A DNA stretch of 19,503 bases, from contig JBNKNM010000098.1 in the NCBI GenBank assembly GCA_050293845.1, positions 1 through 19,503 of the forward strand, read 5' to 3'. The notes under the pieces are model-generated. The model did not search any database and was not told where the DNA came from. It saw nothing but the letters and a program-made list of their open reading frames with translations. The DNA comes from Pseudobacteriovorax sp. (lineage in GTDB: Bacteria; Bdellovibrionota_B; Oligoflexia; Oligoflexales; Oligoflexaceae). Made by a program: the position numbers and the translations under genes. Below are positions 16,393 to 19,503 of this stretch, in pieces; position 1 is the stretch's first letter, and each line of letters starts with the position of its first letter.

Positions 16393-19300
16393 AGCGACTT
16401 CTCAGCTGTGTCATGAACTTCCAAATCTACCTCAATATCTAAATCAGCGACAATGTCAATCGGGCTGATATCTTCGACGTCAACTTTGGTGACGCTTGCA
16501 TGAGAAAGGTCCTGAAGAGCGAGTTCAAAATCTTCTTCGTAATCGTTCTCTTTTATATCGTCTACCTCTAAAATATCTCTCTTATGAGTGATGTCACGTT
16601 TTTTCTTTTTTACCACAATAATTTTGGGAAACTTGCTTAATGGTCCTAAATCTCGTATACCAGTGTAGAATACCAGCTGAAATCCAACACGGTCCGCAAG
16701 CCTCACCCATGACGCTACTAGATCGGATCGATTCGCTGCACCAATGGGATTGTCCAGTAAAAGGAAGCCTCCGCTCTTGGAACGTGTGTCACTACTCTTC
16801 TGATGGCGAGCATGGCCAATGAGTAGCATGATTAGAATAGAAGTCGTGATTAGTTCGCCTCCCGAAGCTTTTAATTCATTGACAGCAGTGTACTGGGTTG
16901 TTCCCCCTTTGATAACTTTGAGACCTAATCCACTATTAGTAAGGGCTAGAAGTAACTCTGTGGAAAGCTCATTTCTGAGGGTTGCCACAGAGGGGACAGC
17001 CTTTAGACCTTGGGAGAATTCATGCTGCAATCGATCCATATAAACTTTGGCACGTGAAAAAATTTCTTCGTGGCTAAGGGATTTTAAAGAATAGCTGTAT
17101 TTTAGAATTTTAGCTTTGTCCTTAAATCCATCCATGGGTATAACAACACGTTGGGACTTATCTAAAATATCTATGCAGTCCTTGATATGACGCACAACAC
17201 CTTCTAGCTGCCTATGGTAGCCCTCTTCAATTTTTTTGATTTGACCTAAGGTGGATTGCAAAAACTCTGTTAGTTGGTAGTGTAATTTTTCAAGGTACAC
17301 CTCATTAATGGCATCGGCGGCGAAGCTATCGATATCCTGGTGGAATTTAGGTAAATGCTTCCCGAGCGAACTGTAAGATGGATCTTCTTTTAATTTATTA
17401 AGTTTCTGTTTTAATTTGGCTCGATGGATGTCTAAATCTCGATCGATTTTTTTATACTGTGCTAGGACTGAATTTTTATAGTCAATGACAGATTTTTGGT
17501 CATCAAATGTGACATTTGCGAAGTTTCCTTGCAGCCCTGGCTCTGCACGGGCCATAGAAACCAGTGAAGATTCTGCATGTTTATAATCTGCAGATGCTTT
17601 TTCAAGTAGATGGCGGCGTTCCTGCTTTTGTACAGCTGATTTTTTTAATTGCTCCCTCTGTTCTTGTACATTTCTTATTGTTCTTCTGACTTCTTCCAGT
17701 CTACTCTCAATGGATTCTTCGTCTGTTAAATGGGAAGGCAATACTATTGTTTTAAAACGGCGCTTGGCTGTGTGTTCTTGTTGTTGTAAACTTAGCTCTT
17801 CATAGCGACTATCGAAACGAGCCAGGTCTTTATTGAAATCTGTTGTTAGAACCTGATTTTCCTGGCTGTCCTGGATGAGGTCATCATATGCACGGTTGAC
17901 CAGTGCGGAAAAAGTATCCTTATCCTGAGACTCTTGAATTTCATCTATACCCTGGCCAAATTTACTACGAAGATCTTTGATAGCTCTCTGGAAAGTATCT
18001 ATATCATTCTTAATATTAGTAATGGTCTCATCGTTGCGGTTTTGGTCATAGGCTTTTTTAGCAAATATGTAATTTTGCCGAACGGTTGTTAGTTCGAGGC
18101 TTGGCAGCTGTTGCTGTATCCCTTCTGGTATCACTGTCAGAGCACTAAGGGTAGCAGCCTCATTTTTATACTCTTGAACTTGACGCTTAAGATGACCTGC
18201 ACGAGCAAAGTGTTGATCTCGCAAAGTTTTTAAACTGGCATGTTCTTGGTCAAGGTTTTGAGTGCGAACGTTTATTCCTTGTATTTGTTGTCTAAATGCG
18301 GTGATCTGATTTTTTATGCTTTGCATTTTATCAGAAAGATTTAGAAGGTTAATCCAGTTTTGAAGCCTAGTTTCCATGACTTTCTTGGATTCAATTAGGC
18401 GTTCCAAATTTTCTTGATTGGTTTTTATTCTGAGTTGTAACTCTTGTTGTTGACTCTGGTTTTGCTCCAGTTGAGTATTTAACTTTTCAATATATTCCTT
18501 AGACTCATTCCAACGGTTTAAAAAAGATTCGCTATGGAATGTAACATATTTGTCTAGATACAGACCTAATTTGTTTATTAAAGAGTCAAGCTTTTTAAGC
18601 TGTTCATCCAAGTCAAGGGCTGTGTCTGTGGTTTCTGTTATTTGTTGCCTTAGTCCTTCAATTTTTTCAATATAGGCCGACTGACTATAAATGGAGTTGT
18701 CTGCTACAGGTAGAGTGAAGCTGTTGCTTGCTGGAGAAGGATTTCTATCAGATAATTCACAAAAGCTTACCTGAACGGGTTGGTTGAGAACGGCAATGCT
18801 TTTAGCTAGCTCAGCAATGCGAGGCATCTCTCCTTCATTACGAATGGCAATGCCGAGAAACCTGCCTGGATCTTGCGCAAAAAGGTCGGCGATTTGTTGA
18901 GTCGTGAGTCCTGGGTGCTGGGATAGAAAAATAGGAAAGGCCTCTGCTGATTCAATACCAGATTCATGTAAAAAGTCTAGAGCAGCAGCTACATTGTCGC
19001 TCACTAGCAGAGATTTTCGTTCCTCTACTATGGAAAGCTCATCTTGTAGGGCTTTAATGCGATGGCGAGTTTGCTGTAAGCGATCAATTTGTCTGCTATA
19101 GATTTCTTCGAGACGCAGTTGAGATGTTTCATCAAATCCCATCGACTCGTCAAAATATCTTTGATAAGCTGCTTGACCGCGAATATCCTCTGCTGCGGTA
19201 TCGGCAGATTGAACCTGGAAGCTTAACTTCTGCTCTTCAAGTTTTCGGCTATGGATCTCTTTAGAAATGTTTTTTATATCATCAGATAGATCTTTTAAAT

Positions 19301-19503
19301 CTCTAGTGTCACTGGTTAGTTGCTGCTTTATAGCTTCCAATTTTTCAGAAATGTAGTCTTTCTCTTGCTGAATCTCTTGTCGTTCCGCTTCCCAGTCACA
19401 CGTAGGGATGTCCTTAGCCTGTAGCTCTGCTGTAAGATCATTAACTTTTTCTCCCAACTCATCAGCTTGAGAAGAATAGGTGACCACCTGGCCTTGCAGT
19501 TCA
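16389..19503 (-). CDS. jetC: SMC-like coiled-coil ATPase, Wadjet JetC-like (5'-partial; C-terminal ~1037 aa)
   Basis: The frame is open to the window edge (ELQGQVVT...). Long coiled coils flank a globular hinge-like segment; ABC signature ASGGE (~16855-16868), Walker B/D-loop FLLLDNPIG (~16741-16766), FQLVFYTG; immediately upstream of jetD. Confidence 0.8.
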   Translation of the reverse strand, partial: ELQGQVVTYSSQADELGEKVNDLTAELQAKDIPTCDWEAERQEIQQEKDYISEKLEAIKQQLTSDTRDLKDLSDDIKNISKEIHSRKLEEQKLSFQVQSADTAAEDIRGQAAYQRYFDESMGFDETSQLRLEEIYSRQIDRLQQTRHRIKALQDELSIVEERKSLLVSDNVAAALDFLHESGIESAEAFPIFLSQHPGLTTQQIADLFAQDPGRFLGIAIRNEGEMPRIAELAKSIAVLNQPVQVSFCELSDRNPSPASNSFTLPVADNSIYSQSAYIEKIEGLRQQITETTDTALDLDEQLKKLDSLINKLGLYLDKYVTFHSESFLNRWNESKEYIEKLNTQLEQNQSQQQELQLRIKTNQENLERLIESKKVMETRLQNWINLLNLSDKMQSIKNQITAFRQQIQGINVRTQNLDQEHASLKTLRDQHFARAGHLKRQVQEYKNEAATLSALTVIPEGIQQQLPSLELTTVRQNYIFAKKAYDQNRNDETITNIKNDIDTFQRAIKDLRSKFGQGIDEIQESQDKDTFSALVNRAYDDLIQDSQENQVLTTDFNKDLARFDSRYEELSLQQQEHTAKRRFKTIVLPSHLTDEESIESRLEEVRRTIRNVQEQREQLKKSAVQKQERRHLLEKASADYKHAESSLVSMARAEPGLQGNFANVTFDDQKSVIDYKNSVLAQYKKIDRDLDIHRAKLKQKLNKLKEDPSYSSLGKHLPKFHQDIDSFAADAINEVYLEKLHYQLTEFLQSTLGQIKKIEEGYHRQLEGVVRHIKDCIDILDKSQRVVIPMDGFKDKAKILKYSYSLKSLSHEEIFSRAKVYMDRLQHEFSQGLKAVPSVATLRNELSTELLLALTNSGLGLKVIKGGTTQYTAVNELKASGGELITTSILIMLLIGHARHQKSSDTRSKSGGFLLLDNPIGAANRSDLVASWVRLADRVGFQLVFYTGIRDLGPLSKFPKIIVVKKKKRDITHKRDILEVDDIKENDYEEDFELALQDLSHASVTKVDVEDISPIDIVADLDIEVDLEVHDTAEKSL

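Noticed and set aside
8170..19101. Short nested or antisense ORFs inside the pentapeptide, LRR, coiled-coil, S8 and jetC genes
   Set aside because: They are fully overlapped by long motif-bearing CDSs and show no independent coding signal.
19485..19487. GTG 19487 as the jetC start codon
   Set aside because: The frame stays open to the window edge and the N-terminal Walker A head is missing, so the gene starts outside the window.

Overview
AT-rich bacterial window with four blocks; its gene content suggests a Bdellovibrionota/Oligoflexia-like diderm, which is inference only. (1) 1-149: 3' end of an IS200/IS605-family element (probable tnpB tail plus right-end hairpin ending TTCAC). (2) 221-6179, minus strand: a tightly coupled 7-gene operon encoding an outer-membrane protein, a TPR protein, a 559-aa membrane protein that reads by eye as a natural FliF(RBM3/TM/C-helix)-FliG fusion, MotA, MotB, a DUF4177-like lipoprotein and an OmpA-domain/beta-barrel protein. 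It has no export, rod, hook, flagellin or switch genes. This is the most interesting element: a candidate minimal, non-flagellar, ion-driven rotor-stator machine spanning the envelope. (3) 6582-15302, plus strand: a divergent 5-gene operon of exported proteins behind a sigma54-type promoter (beta-propeller-like, pentapeptide-repeat and coiled-coil lipoproteins, an LRR protein, and a large S8 protease-vWA lipoprotein). (4) 15385-19503, minus strand: the distal end of a Wadjet-like anti-plasmid system (partial SMC-like jetC, complete jetD). All homology calls are manual motif recognition; no database searches were run.
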